From Gammaproteobacteria bacterium (GTDB taxonomy: Bacteria; Pseudomonadota; Gammaproteobacteria; UBA4575): DNA of 64,000 nucleotides. Numbering within the stretch: position 1 is the stretch's first letter; the number at the start of each line of letters is the position of its first letter. Below the pieces are notes generated by a model. That model was not told the origin of the DNA. It ran no database searches and saw only the letters and a program-made list of their open reading frames with translations. Both the position numbers and the translations under genes were made by a program. Below, one piece after another: positions 28,978 through 38,858 of this stretch. The stretch covers positions 1,024,001-1,088,000 of the forward strand of contig CBDCUI010000009.1 in the NCBI GenBank assembly GCA_965222615.1, given 5' to 3'.

Positions 28978-29102
28978 CGTTAAAGCGAAAATGTACAACA
29001 AAAATTCATGTAGACCTCACCCACTAGACATTGAACCGAAAATGCACCACTAGGGATTCTTGTACTACCCACCTCTTACACATTAAATCTAAAGTGTACG
29101 AC
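28973..29102 (-). repeat. Three tandem, synonymously recoded copies of the ychF 3-prime end (att-like array, period 51-52 bp)
   Basis: 29076-29102 (gene), 29024-29050 and 28973-28999 all encode VVHFRFNV-stop; spacers share GGTGnGnnnTACAnGAAT. Confidence 0.9.
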
Positions 29103-30182
29103 ATCTCCTTCCTGCATCACATATTCTTTACCTTCAAGTCGCCATTTCCCTTGTTCTTTAGCCCCTGCTTCACCTTTAGCATCTATATAATCTTGGTAAC
29201 TTACTACTTCTGCTCGAATAAATCCCTTTTCAAAATCGGTGTGAATTTTTCCTGCCGCTTGAGGCGCTGTGGTCCCTTTGGAAATGGTCCAGGCCCTTGC
29301 TTCTTTAGGGCCCGCAGTGAAAAAGGTTTGTAGATTCAATAATTCATAACCCGCTTGTATTACTCTATTTAAACCTGGCTCATCTAGGCCTAGCTCATGT
29401 AAATATTCTTGTTTTTCTTCATCATTTAATTGTGCAAGTTCTGCTTCGATCTTTGCACATACTGGAATCACTTGAATCGATTTCTCCTGAGATGATTTTT
29501 TTTGAACAAACTCTTCGAGTTTTTTTAAATATGGGTTATTTTCAAATCCATCTTCAGTCACATTAGCTATATAGAACACGGGCTTTCGCGTGATAAGATG
29601 CAGATCTTTTAGAAGATGTTCTTGTTCTTTATCTATGTTAAAACTAACCGCCGGCTTTTCATTCTCTAAATGATTTTTTAGCTTAGTGTATACATCAAGT
29701 TGCGCAATAGCTTCTTTATTACCTGATTTCGCCACACGTTCTACTTTGCTAATAGCTTTTTCTATCGTTTCCAAATCCGCCAAGATCAATTCAGTATTAA
29801 TCGTTTCCAAATCTGACAAGGGATCAATCTTGCCATCCACATGAATAATGTTTTCATCGTCAAAGCATCTAACCACATGTGCAATTGCGTCAGTTTCACG
29901 CACATGACCTAAAAATTGATTACCAAGGCCTTCACCTTTTGATGCACCTGCAACTAAGCCTGCAATATCAACAAACTCGATCGTGGTAGGGATAACTTCT
30001 TTAGACTTGGCAATTTGAGCAAGTGTATCGAGTCGAGAATCCGGTACAGGAACAATGCCGATATTAGGATCGATTGTACAAAAAGGATAATTTTCTGCTG
30101 CAATTTCTGTCGCAGTCAAAGCATTAAATAATGTTGATTTTCCAACATTCGGTAGGCCCACTATTCCACATTTAAAACCCAT
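29076..30182 (-). CDS. ychF: Redox-regulated ATPase YchF
   Basis: [54 protein letters not shown]. Confidence 0.98.
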   Translation of the reverse strand: MGFKCGIVGLPNVGKSTLFNALTATEIAAENYPFCTIDPNIGIVPVPDSRLDTLAQIAKSKEVIPTTIEFVDIAGLVAGASKGEGLGNQFLGHVRETDAIAHVVRCFDDENIIHVDGKIDPLSDLETINTELILADLETIEKAISKVERVAKSGNKEAIAQLDVYTKLKNHLENEKPAVSFNIDKEQEHLLKDLHLITRKPVFYIANVTEDGFENNPYLKKLEEFVQKKSSQEKSIQVIPVCAKIEAELAQLNDEEKQEYLHELGLDEPGLNRVIQAGYELLNLQTFFTAGPKEARAWTISKGTTAPQAAGKIHTDFEKGFIRAEVVSYQDYIDAKGEAGAKEQGKWRLEGKEYVMQEGDVVHFRFNV

Positions 30183-30249
30183 CTGACGCAGGTATTATTT
30201 ACAGAAGCTCTGATTTGTTCATTATTGAATGCTTATAGTTTCTATCTAG

Positions 30250-30834
30250 CTAATTTCTTGTGTGTAACTTTTTCATAGCGGCCTCCATTTCACCTCGAAG
30301 TAATTCATCTACCACTGTCAGTGCATCATCGATTGCCCCATCAATTTCAGCTTTGTCTTGACTACTTGTTTTTTTCAGTACGTAGTTCACTACTTGGTTC
30401 TTATCACCCGGGTGCCCGACTCCAATCCGTATTCGCCAAAAGTCTTTATTTAAATGAGAAAATATGCTGCGCAAACCATTATGTCCACCATGCCCACCAG
30501 CCCATTTCAATTTAATCTCGCCACTGGGCAAATCAATTTCATCGTGTGCGATTAAGATTTCTTCAGTAGATATTTTATAAAAATCAGCAAACGGACGTAA
30601 CGACTCGCCACTTTCATTCATATAGGTATGCGGTTTCAATAACCAAATTTTTTCACCTTGATAAAAAAAGAAGGCAACTTCACCTTTGAATTTGGATTCG
30701 TATTTGAAAACAGCATTATTTTTTCTTGCGACTGCATCTACAAACCAAAACCCGGCATTATGCCGGGTTTGTAAATGCTTCTCGCCAGGATTGCCAAGTC
30801 CGACAATAAGACGTATACCTTTCTGATTAGACAC
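30250..30834 (-). CDS. pth: Peptidyl-tRNA hydrolase
   Basis: LIVGLGNPG, TRHNAGF, YMNESG, GGHGGHNGL, RIRIGVG. Confidence 0.98.
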   Translation of the reverse strand: MSNQKGIRLIVGLGNPGEKHLQTRHNAGFWFVDAVARKNNAVFKYESKFKGEVAFFFYQGEKIWLLKPHTYMNESGESLRPFADFYKISTEEILIAHDEIDLPSGEIKLKWAGGHGGHNGLRSIFSHLNKDFWRIRIGVGHPGDKNQVVNYVLKKTSSQDKAEIDGAIDDALTVVDELLRGEMEAAMKKLHTRN

Positions 30835-30872
30835 GTATCTTAAACACGTTTACTTGCCTATTGTTAGAAGTG

Positions 30873-31583
30873 CTACTGAGAAGATTTATCTCCTTCAGAT
30901 TTATCTTCACTTTCGGCTTTGGTTTCTGCTTCGTCACCTTCAGCTTCTGCAACTTCTTCACCCTCTTCAGCTTCTTCAGCAACTACTGGCTCCTCTTCAA
31001 TTGCGCGTTTGACATGGACAGATACCACCACATGATCATGACCTTCACCATGTGAAAGCTCTACAATAGTCACACCTTCGGGAACGGTGATTTTACTTAA
31101 ATGGATTGCTTCGTTTAACTTGAGATCCTGCACATCCACTTCAATAAATTCTGGCAAATCTTTTGGTAAGCAGACTATTTCAATCTCAGATAAATTGTGA
31201 CTGATTGCTCCACCTTCCATTTTTACCCCATGACACGATTCCTCATTAATAAAGTGTAACGGCACATGCACATTAATAGCCGTATCTTCACGTACACGTA
31301 ATAAGTCCATGTGTAAAATTTTAGGTTTATAAGGGTGACGCTGTAATTCACGTAGAATTGCTTTTTGCGGTTTACCACCAACATCGATCGTTAAAATATG
31401 GGAATAAAATGATTCATTTTCTAAATTATGCATAAGACTATCGTGGTCAAAGGTAACTGAGACCGGCTCTTCGCCACCACCGTAAATAACTGCAGGCACC
31501 TTACCCATTTTTCGCAGTCTTCTGCTTGCACTTTTACCGTAGTCACTACGTGATCCCGCAGTTAATGTAAAATCAAGACTCAT
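30873..31583 (-). CDS. rplY: 50S ribosomal protein L25/general stress protein Ctc
   Basis: GKSASRRLR, VPAVIYGG, QRHPYK, HMDL; acidic tail. Confidence 0.97.
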   Translation of the reverse strand: MSLDFTLTAGSRSDYGKSASRRLRKMGKVPAVIYGGGEEPVSVTFDHDSLMHNLENESFYSHILTIDVGGKPQKAILRELQRHPYKPKILHMDLLRVREDTAINVHVPLHFINEESCHGVKMEGGAISHNLSEIEIVCLPKDLPEFIEVDVQDLKLNEAIHLSKITVPEGVTIVELSHGEGHDHVVVSVHVKRAIEEEPVVAEEAEEGEEVAEAEGDEAETKAESEDKSEGDKSSQ

Positions 31584-31649
31584 GATATTCTCCAGCCGTG
31601 TTTATCTAATATTTAGGTTTTATATTTACGTCGAATCTGAAATATCTAC

Positions 31650-32624
31650 CTAATCCATATATAAAGTACTAACAGATTCTTCCTGATTAATGCGCCGCAT
31701 TGATTCTGCTATTAACCCTGATACTTCAAGTTGCCGAATTCGAGAACAGGCCTTAGCATCTTCGCGGAGCGGAATTGTATCAGTTACTACCAATTCATCC
31801 AGCTCAGATTGATTAATATTCTCTATCGCATTACCGGAAAGTACGGGATGAGTCGCATAGGCCTGCACACTTTTAGCCCCATGTTCTTTAAGGGCGCTCG
31901 CCGCATGGCATAGAGTACCCGCCGTATCCACCAAATCATCGATAATGAAGCAATCCTTACCTTCGACTTCACCAATAATATGCATCACTTTGGCTTGATT
32001 GGCTTGGGGTCGACGTTTATCGATGATGGCTAAATCTGCATCATCCAGACGTTTGGCCAATGCCCGGGCACGAACAACTCCACCCACATCCGGAGAAACC
32101 ACAATTAAATTAGGGAGTTTACGTTTGTAGATATCTCCCAAAAGAACCGGCGAAGCATAAATATTATCTACTGGGATATCGAAAAAGCCTTGTATTTGAT
32201 CAGCATGCAAATCTACAGTTAATACTCGGTCAGTTCCTACGCTAGTAAGTAAGTTTGCTATTACTTTTGCAGAGATCGGCACACGTATGGAGCGTACTCG
32301 TCGGTCTTGACGCGAATAACCAAAATAAGGGATGACAGTGGTAATTCGCTCTGCGGATGACCGCTTCAAGGCATCTACAATAATAAGTAATTCCATGATG
32401 TTGTCATTAGTCGGCATACATGTCGGCTGCACAACGAAAACATCTTTGCCACGCACATTCTCTTGTATCTCGACCTGTACCTCACCATCGCTAAACTGGC
32501 TAATTAATGCCTTGCCTAATGGTATGCTTAAATAATCTACAATATCATGCGCAAGTTTAGGGTTCGCGTTACCGGTAAATACCATTAAATTACTATCAGC
32601 CGGTAGGGTTATTTGACGAATCAT
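31650..32624 (-). CDS. prs: Ribose-phosphate pyrophosphokinase
   Basis: [47 protein letters not shown]. Confidence 0.98.
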   Translation of the reverse strand: MIRQITLPADSNLMVFTGNANPKLAHDIVDYLSIPLGKALISQFSDGEVQVEIQENVRGKDVFVVQPTCMPTNDNIMELLIIVDALKRSSAERITTVIPYFGYSRQDRRVRSIRVPISAKVIANLLTSVGTDRVLTVDLHADQIQGFFDIPVDNIYASPVLLGDIYKRKLPNLIVVSPDVGGVVRARALAKRLDDADLAIIDKRRPQANQAKVMHIIGEVEGKDCFIIDDLVDTAGTLCHAASALKEHGAKSVQAYATHPVLSGNAIENINQSELDELVVTDTIPLREDAKACSRIRQLEVSGLIAESMRRINQEESVSTLYMD

Positions 32625-32678
32625 AGGGATTGTGATGCCTTTTGCTTAATTGATGCTATTAGCTTACTAATATACCAA

Positions 32679-33275
32679 TCATTTACTATGGAAAGTAAGA
32701 CTAAAATCAACGGGAACCGCTAAACTAATGGAAGGTAAACCTGCTATTTCACGCAGTTTTTCAACCCCTTCTAATAGCCCTAAATTGTCGCCATTTAATA
32801 GAATAGGCTTATTTGTAGAAACTACGATCGTATCCTCATCTAGTTTTAGTACTCTAAGCTCAGCTAGGATCTGGCTTTGCTTGCCGATTAAATCAAGTGT
32901 TGAATCAACTTCAGTAATCAAACTTTGGCCTGTTGTTAATGAATTAATGGCCTCCATATCTACTTTGGCCTCGACATTTGCGGTAGTAAACTTTGAAGTA
33001 TCAAACAACATTTCACGCATACGTTTATCTCGCACATCTATACCTGTATTCACACTCTCCAACGATATAGAAAAATTGACCTTACCATCTTCCGCTACAT
33101 GGCCCGTTAATTGGCCGAAGGTATGTGCTTCGGCTACATGATCGGCTTTTACTGAAACAAAGTTTAATCTTGAGGCATCATTATCCAATTCCCATTCTGC
33201 GGCATTAGCGGACGTGGCGATAAACAGAATCAAAATCAATAAATAAAAATCAATTCTGAGAATTTTTTTCAGCAT
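32679..33275 (-). CDS. YceI family periplasmic lipid/isoprenoid-binding protein
   Basis: Signal peptide; W.LD...S.LNF.SVK, SVNTGIDVRD.RM. Confidence 0.9.
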   Translation of the reverse strand: MLKKILRIDFYLLILILFIATSANAAEWELDNDASRLNFVSVKADHVAEAHTFGQLTGHVAEDGKVNFSISLESVNTGIDVRDKRMREMLFDTSKFTTANVEAKVDMEAINSLTTGQSLITEVDSTLDLIGKQSQILAELRVLKLDEDTIVVSTNKPILLNGDNLGLLEGVEKLREIAGLPSISLAVPVDFSLTFHSK

Positions 33276-33513
33276 AGTAACGCTCCTATTTACCCTTAGT
33301 ATAATATTGGACTGTAATTATGTTTTCTCGTTTCACATTTCTAATAAAAAAAGGTGCAATTAGTAATATATTCAATTCTAATCCACAGTAGCAATATTCA
33401 ACATTATCTATACAACAACCTTACAAGCAGAAATAATGCCCGTATTTCTTAAATATCTGAAATATCTAATAAATATCTTTGAGTTTGGAAGCCTAGGCGA
33501 GTAAGGTTTTAGC

Positions 33514-34371
33514 TTACTTTACTTTTTGATAGAGTGTTTGGCCAATGTGCTGATAATGATGAGTTACATTTTCTATATTTTCGGAATGACCAATAAATAA
33601 ATATGCCCCTAAATGTTGTAAATTCGAAAATTTTTCAAACAACGTAGACTGTGTATCCTTATTAAAATAGATCACTACATTTCGACAAAAAATGATGTCA
33701 AAAGGTCCCTTCATCGGCCAAGTATCGATTAGATTTAATTGTTTAAAAGTTATTAACGACTTTACTTGAGTTTTTATTTTAACTTGATCTTTATTTTCCT
33801 TTGTAACTCCCATACGAAACCATTTGTGGATAATTGATGTAGAAGCTTTCTTGAGCTGGCCCATTGAATAAATACCATTTTCAGCTGTATTTAGTACTTT
33901 TGAATTCAAGTCAGTTGCTAATATCTTAATATCCCATTGATCAATATCTGGTATATGCTGTAACAGAGTGATAGCGATTGAATAAGGTTCCTCACCAGAG
34001 GAACATCCTGCAGACCAAATACGAATTCGATGCTCTGGATTATCTAGTAATTCTGGTATTATTTTCTTTGCGAGAAGTTCAAAATGATGAGTCTCACGAA
34101 AGAATGAAGTTAAATTCGTTGTGATGGCATTTGAAAAATATTCAATTTCACGATCAGGATTATCCTGAATATATCTGTAATATTTACTGAAACTATTTAC
34201 ACCAAGAGCACGCATGCGTTTAGCAAAACGATTATAGACTAGCTCACGTTTCGATTCAGATAAATGAATTCCTGTGTGCTGAAAAACCATAGTACGCAAT
34301 TTTTCAAATTCATAATCATTGAGCTTAAATTGCTGATGCATCTCGACTAAATTTTCATTAATTGGCAACAA
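33514..34371 (-). CDS. cheR: Chemotaxis methyltransferase
   Basis: TTNLTSFFRE, RIWSAGCSSGEEPYS, ATDL, DIIFCRNVVIYF, GHSE. Confidence 0.96.
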   Translation of the reverse strand: MLPINENLVEMHQQFKLNDYEFEKLRTMVFQHTGIHLSESKRELVYNRFAKRMRALGVNSFSKYYRYIQDNPDREIEYFSNAITTNLTSFFRETHHFELLAKKIIPELLDNPEHRIRIWSAGCSSGEEPYSIAITLLQHIPDIDQWDIKILATDLNSKVLNTAENGIYSMGQLKKASTSIIHKWFRMGVTKENKDQVKIKTQVKSLITFKQLNLIDTWPMKGPFDIIFCRNVVIYFNKDTQSTLFEKFSNLQHLGAYLFIGHSENIENVTHHYQHIGQTLYQKVK

Positions 34372-35476
34372 TCTGCTTACTAGAAACTATTTGTTTATCT
34401 TTTTCTGGACAAAGCTTCTGTAAGCTTGGTGCAATCGTGTTCAGTGGTAACGTTTGATCTATTATGCCTTGTTTTACAGCCTCACCTGGCATTCCCCACA
34501 CAATACTAGTATTTTCATCTTGGGCAATTGTTTTACAGCCAATGTTTTTCATATCCTTTAAACCTTCAGCACCATCGCGCCCCATTCCAGTAAGAATAAC
34601 ACCTACTGCGCTAGCTCCAATATTGTGTGCAACAGAATGAAACAATACATCTACGGAAGGACGGTGCCGATTAACTGGTTCATCATTAGTAAGTTTGCAA
34701 CGAAATACTGCACCATCACGAACTGCCATTAAGTGTTGCCCCCCTGGAGCAACATATACATGACCATGCATAATTTTTTGCCCATCTTCTGCTTCATATA
34801 CTGTCATTGCAGATAAGGAATCCATTCTTTGTGCAAACGCAGCACTAAAAACAGCTGGTATATGTTGCACAATCAATATGGGTGGGAAATTTGCCGGCAA
34901 CGCTTCAATGATTGACCTTGCGGCTTCGGTACCTCCTGTTGATGCACCGATTGCAATAAGTTGCTCAGTAGCTCGATAATTTTGTTGTTTCCTATTCTTT
35001 GACAAAACTATCTTATTTTTATGAGTTTTTTCTACATCAGTGCTTGTAACTTTAGGCCCTTGCAAGGATTTCACTTTTGCGTAACGAGCAATTTTGATTT
35101 TGTTTATAATTTCGTCTGTAAAAGAATTTAATGTGCTATCCAGATCTGCTTTAGGTTTTGAGACAAAATCCACTGCCCCCAATTCTAACGCTCTAAGAGT
35201 CATGTCAGCATTTTTTTGAGTTAATGACGAAATCATCACTACCGGCATAGGTCGCAACCGCATTAAATTTTTCAAAAAGGTAAGGCCATCCATTTTTGGC
35301 ATTTCTATATCCAAAGTAATTACATGAGGATTGTGCTTTTTAATTTCATCGCGAGCCTCATAGGCATCCACCGCTGTGGCTACAACTTCAATTTGTGGAT
35401 CTGAACTTAAAATTTCGCTTAATAGCCGTCGCACTAAAGCTGAATCATCCACAATAACTACACGTGTTTTATCCAT
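34358..35476 (-). CDS. cheB: Chemotaxis response regulator methylesterase
   Basis: Receiver domain; GASTGG, VQH, HRPSVDVLF, LTGMGRDG. Confidence 0.97.
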   Translation of the reverse strand: MDKTRVVIVDDSALVRRLLSEILSSDPQIEVVATAVDAYEARDEIKKHNPHVITLDIEMPKMDGLTFLKNLMRLRPMPVVMISSLTQKNADMTLRALELGAVDFVSKPKADLDSTLNSFTDEIINKIKIARYAKVKSLQGPKVTSTDVEKTHKNKIVLSKNRKQQNYRATEQLIAIGASTGGTEAARSIIEALPANFPPILIVQHIPAVFSAAFAQRMDSLSAMTVYEAEDGQKIMHGHVYVAPGGQHLMAVRDGAVFRCKLTNDEPVNRHRPSVDVLFHSVAHNIGASAVGVILTGMGRDGAEGLKDMKNIGCKTIAQDENTSIVWGMPGEAVKQGIIDQTLPLNTIAPSLQKLCPEKDKQIVSSKQIVAN

Positions 35477-35543
35477 TTTATTCCTTTACTTTTTACTGCA
35501 AAAACTCATGAAAGATATTTGAAACAAAAAACAACTCAAATTA

Positions 35544-36164
35544 TTATTTTTCTTTACCTTCAAGCATCTCGATGCACTGCGCATCATGTTGAGCAATAAC
35601 TTTCTTGTGTATTGAACGCAAGCGCTTGACCATAACTTTTCCAGATTTTGGAAAATAATTTACTTTACGAGGAAACTCTAAGCCTACATCTGTTGATACA
35701 ACTTCATAGTTCTCAGTTGCTAAAAAATTATTTATGAAATCAATATTTCTAGCGCCAATATCAGACATTGCAGGTGTTATTTTTGCACCACCAAATACTT
35801 TTATTTCTAGAAATTCTCTACACCCACCTAATTTAAATATACTACTTAGAAGCCGCTCCATGGCGACATTTCCATAGCGAGTGTCTAAGTCACTCCATGT
35901 AGAACTATTACTTGCTTTCATTGGTAACATATAGTGATTCATGCCACCAATTTTTAATTTTGTATCGTGAACACAGACGGATATACAAGAGCCTAATGTT
36001 GTACTAATCATTTCATCTTGAGTAGTTACGTAATATTCACCTGGCTGTATTCTTGCTATGATTTGATTAGTACTTTCATTTAGTACACGCTTGATATGTG
36101 AAAACTCAGAGTCTATACCTACAGTCCCCTCTAAACTCTGGAGATTTGCTACGCTTGTAACCAT
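35544..36164 (-). CDS. cheD: Chemoreceptor glutamine deamidase
   Basis: PGEYY, TLGSCISVC, GGMNHYMLP, RYG, KVFGG. Confidence 0.95.
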   Translation of the reverse strand: MVTSVANLQSLEGTVGIDSEFSHIKRVLNESTNQIIARIQPGEYYVTTQDEMISTTLGSCISVCVHDTKLKIGGMNHYMLPMKASNSSTWSDLDTRYGNVAMERLLSSIFKLGGCREFLEIKVFGGAKITPAMSDIGARNIDFINNFLATENYEVVSTDVGLEFPRKVNYFPKSGKVMVKRLRSIHKKVIAQHDAQCIEMLEGKEK

Positions 36165-36283
36165 TAAAGTTGTCTTTGTTACTATCTATTTCTATACTCG
36201 AAAAGATTTTGTAAATAATGAAAATAAAAACTTCTGTGCTTACACCCCTAGTAAGCATTCAAAAGATATCCAATCCTCGCTAT

Positions 36284-38851
36284 TTAAAACTCTTTCCAAT
36301 CCTTGCCCTTATGATCAGTTCCCGATGCTTTTTTCAAAGATGCTACAGGCGCTATTGAAGTAGATTTGTCCCCCTTAGAAATTTTAGCTGCCTCACTCCC
36401 ACTCCAAGGACGATTCGCCGAACGTCTCTCTACAAACGCAACTTGATCATGTTTATTTCTACTTACAGGTTCACGAATCTTCGTGAAATTCTTGTCATTG
36501 ACGCTAAAAAAATTCATTTGTTTATTCAGCTCTTCAGCCTCTTGACTCATACACCCGCTTGCTGCAGTAACTTGTTCCACCAACGCTACATTTTGTTGCG
36601 TCATATCAGTCATTTGTGAAATAGAGCGATTCATATGTTGAATACCAGTAGCTTGTTCTTGACTAGAAGCTGAAATCTCTCCAATAATGTCAGTTACTTT
36701 CTTTACACTTTTAACAATCTCATTCAAGGTCTCACCTGATTCATTCACAAATTTCGAGCCTTCTTTCACCCGGTCGACACTATCTTCGATCAATTCTTTA
36801 ATCTCTTTTGCCGCCGTAGCACTTCGCCCAGCTAAATTGCGCACCTCACTAGCCACCACCGCAAACCCTCGCCCTTGCTCCCCTGCGCGCGCCGCCTCTA
36901 CCGATGCATTTAAAGCTAGTAGATTGGTCTGGAAAGCAATCTCATCGATCACACCGATAATATCGGCAATCTTCTTACTGGAATTGTTGATCTCATTCAT
37001 CGCAGCTACCGCCGTACCCACAACCTTGCCACCGTTTTCGGCTTGTTCACATGCATTAATCGCAAGTTGATTGGCTTGTTGCGCATTATCGGCATTCTGT
37101 TGCACCGTTATCGTCATCTCTTCCATACCAGAGGATGTCTCTTCAAGATTGGCGGCTTGTTGTTCGGTGCGCTGACTGAGGTTGGTGTTGCCTTGATTGA
37201 TCTCCGAGGAGCCTGCGCTCACCGAATCGGCTGAGCTTTTAATATTGCCCACCACATCTGTTAATTTCGTAATCACTTCATTGGCATCATGCCTCAATTG
37301 TCCAAAGGCCCCTTGGTAATCATCATCAATGGTTTCAGTCAAATCACCTTGTGCCATCGCCCCCAATACACGCAGTGTGTCATTGATCACACGCTCTGAT
37401 ACATCGACGAGTTCATTTACACCTTGACTCAAACGCTCAAAGAAACCTTGTTTATTTGCTAGATCAATACGCTGACTTAAATCACCCGCCAAGGCACTAT
37501 CGACCAAAGCTTGTACATCTGCTTCCACTACCAGCTCTTGTGTACGATCTTCCCATTCCATGATCGTACCGGCTCTTTCATGGTTGGCACTGAACACTGG
37601 GTTGGCAATAATGCGGAACATCCTTCCACCTAGCCCAAATTCACAGGTAAAAGTAGTATCCATCTCTTCGAAATCTCGATACTCACATGAAGGATCTGCA
37701 TTAAAGACATCAATGTTTACACCCAATAGTTTCTTGCTGTCAAAGTTTGGCAAATCCTTACGAATATCAAACTCCGCCTCATTAAACATCTCCATTACTG
37801 CCGTATTGAGATAGGTGATATTTAGACCCGCATCCGTCATCATCACATTGGCACTGGCCTTGTCTAAAGCCTGTTTAATGCGTCGGTTAACTTCGGCTTG
37901 CTCAAGCTCTTTCTCATGACTTTTGCGAAATGTGTTTTGTAGATTTACAATTGCTCGCAACAACTGACCCACTTCATCTTGTGAGTTGATCTTTATATCA
38001 TCATTAATATTCTCTTCGGTTAGATGATTTACAAAATCAGTACCATACTTTAGTGGCTTGGTTACCCAAGATCGAAGAAAAAACCAAAGTAAAGAAATAA
38101 TAATAATTGCCATAACTATTAATCCAGCAATAATTATTCTTGCGGTTGCAATTCCATTGGCAATTTGCGCATCGATGGAGCCATCAACTTCAAGCACACC
38201 TCTAACATCACCAAATTTCCAACCAACCTTTGGTGTATCGGGATGGGAGTTGTGGCAACCTACACACGACTCATCAACCATTTTATCCGCAATTGCTACT
38301 CTTACAGAGTTTTTACCATCATTATTAAATGATTTCACAAAAATACTATCAGGGTTGGCTTGTAAATAATTCCAGGCATCTTGCTGAAATTGATCTAACT
38401 TTCGATCATCTCTATTTGGAAAAGGAAAAGCACTATAAAGCCTGATTGTTGTACCTTCTTTTTCCTGTAATTTACTTAAATCATGAATCATTGTGGCAGG
38501 CAAAGGAATCATATTGTCAATATTTTTATGCTCAAAGGATGCTTTAAAGTCTGATTCCCCAATAACTTTTTTTACAATGTTTTGGGTATAGTATTTTCGT
38601 AATGCCTTGTACTGATTAACAGTATCTTGAGCTGCTCTGGTTGCATCATGGATAGCATTACGTTTAATCAAATCTGGAACCCAGATTGCTGCTGCAACAA
38701 TACTAAGCGCAAAGATCACAACAAAAATTAATGATAAACGCAGTAATAAACTTTGCCTTAAAAGACCACTCATGTTTTTGCTGTGCTTACTATTTGAAGT
38801 ACTTTCATTTATATCCATCAATCCTATCCCCTTAATAAAATCCCCTTCCAA
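36284..38851 (-). CDS. Methyl-accepting chemotaxis protein: periplasmic heme-c (DUF3365-like) domain, HAMP, Aer2-type PAS, HAMPs, signalling domain
   Basis: Two TMs flanking CVGCH and GDVRG; [30 protein letters not shown]; C-terminal pentapeptide DWKEF. Confidence 0.93.
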   Translation of the reverse strand: MEGDFIKGIGLMDINESTSNSKHSKNMSGLLRQSLLLRLSLIFVVIFALSIVAAAIWVPDLIKRNAIHDATRAAQDTVNQYKALRKYYTQNIVKKVIGESDFKASFEHKNIDNMIPLPATMIHDLSKLQEKEGTTIRLYSAFPFPNRDDRKLDQFQQDAWNYLQANPDSIFVKSFNNDGKNSVRVAIADKMVDESCVGCHNSHPDTPKVGWKFGDVRGVLEVDGSIDAQIANGIATARIIIAGLIVMAIIIISLLWFFLRSWVTKPLKYGTDFVNHLTEENINDDIKINSQDEVGQLLRAIVNLQNTFRKSHEKELEQAEVNRRIKQALDKASANVMMTDAGLNITYLNTAVMEMFNEAEFDIRKDLPNFDSKKLLGVNIDVFNADPSCEYRDFEEMDTTFTCEFGLGGRMFRIIANPVFSANHERAGTIMEWEDRTQELVVEADVQALVDSALAGDLSQRIDLANKQGFFERLSQGVNELVDVSERVINDTLRVLGAMAQGDLTETIDDDYQGAFGQLRHDANEVITKLTDVVGNIKSSADSVSAGSSEINQGNTNLSQRTEQQAANLEETSSGMEEMTITVQQNADNAQQANQLAINACEQAENGGKVVGTAVAAMNEINNSSKKIADIIGVIDEIAFQTNLLALNASVEAARAGEQGRGFAVVASEVRNLAGRSATAAKEIKELIEDSVDRVKEGSKFVNESGETLNEIVKSVKKVTDIIGEISASSQEQATGIQHMNRSISQMTDMTQQNVALVEQVTAASGCMSQEAEELNKQMNFFSVNDKNFTKIREPVSRNKHDQVAFVERRSANRPWSGSEAAKISKGDKSTSIAPVASLKKASGTDHKGKDWKEF

Positions 38852-38858
38852 CCTTTAT

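Noticed and set aside
28973-29102. CRISPR mini-array interpretation of the 51-52 bp periodic repeats
   Set aside because: Repeats differ at synonymous positions, one is the coding end of ychF, spacers resemble each other, and no cas genes are in the window
29031-29333. 100-aa plus-strand ORF over the ychF end
   Set aside because: Antisense shadow of ychF with no recognisable features
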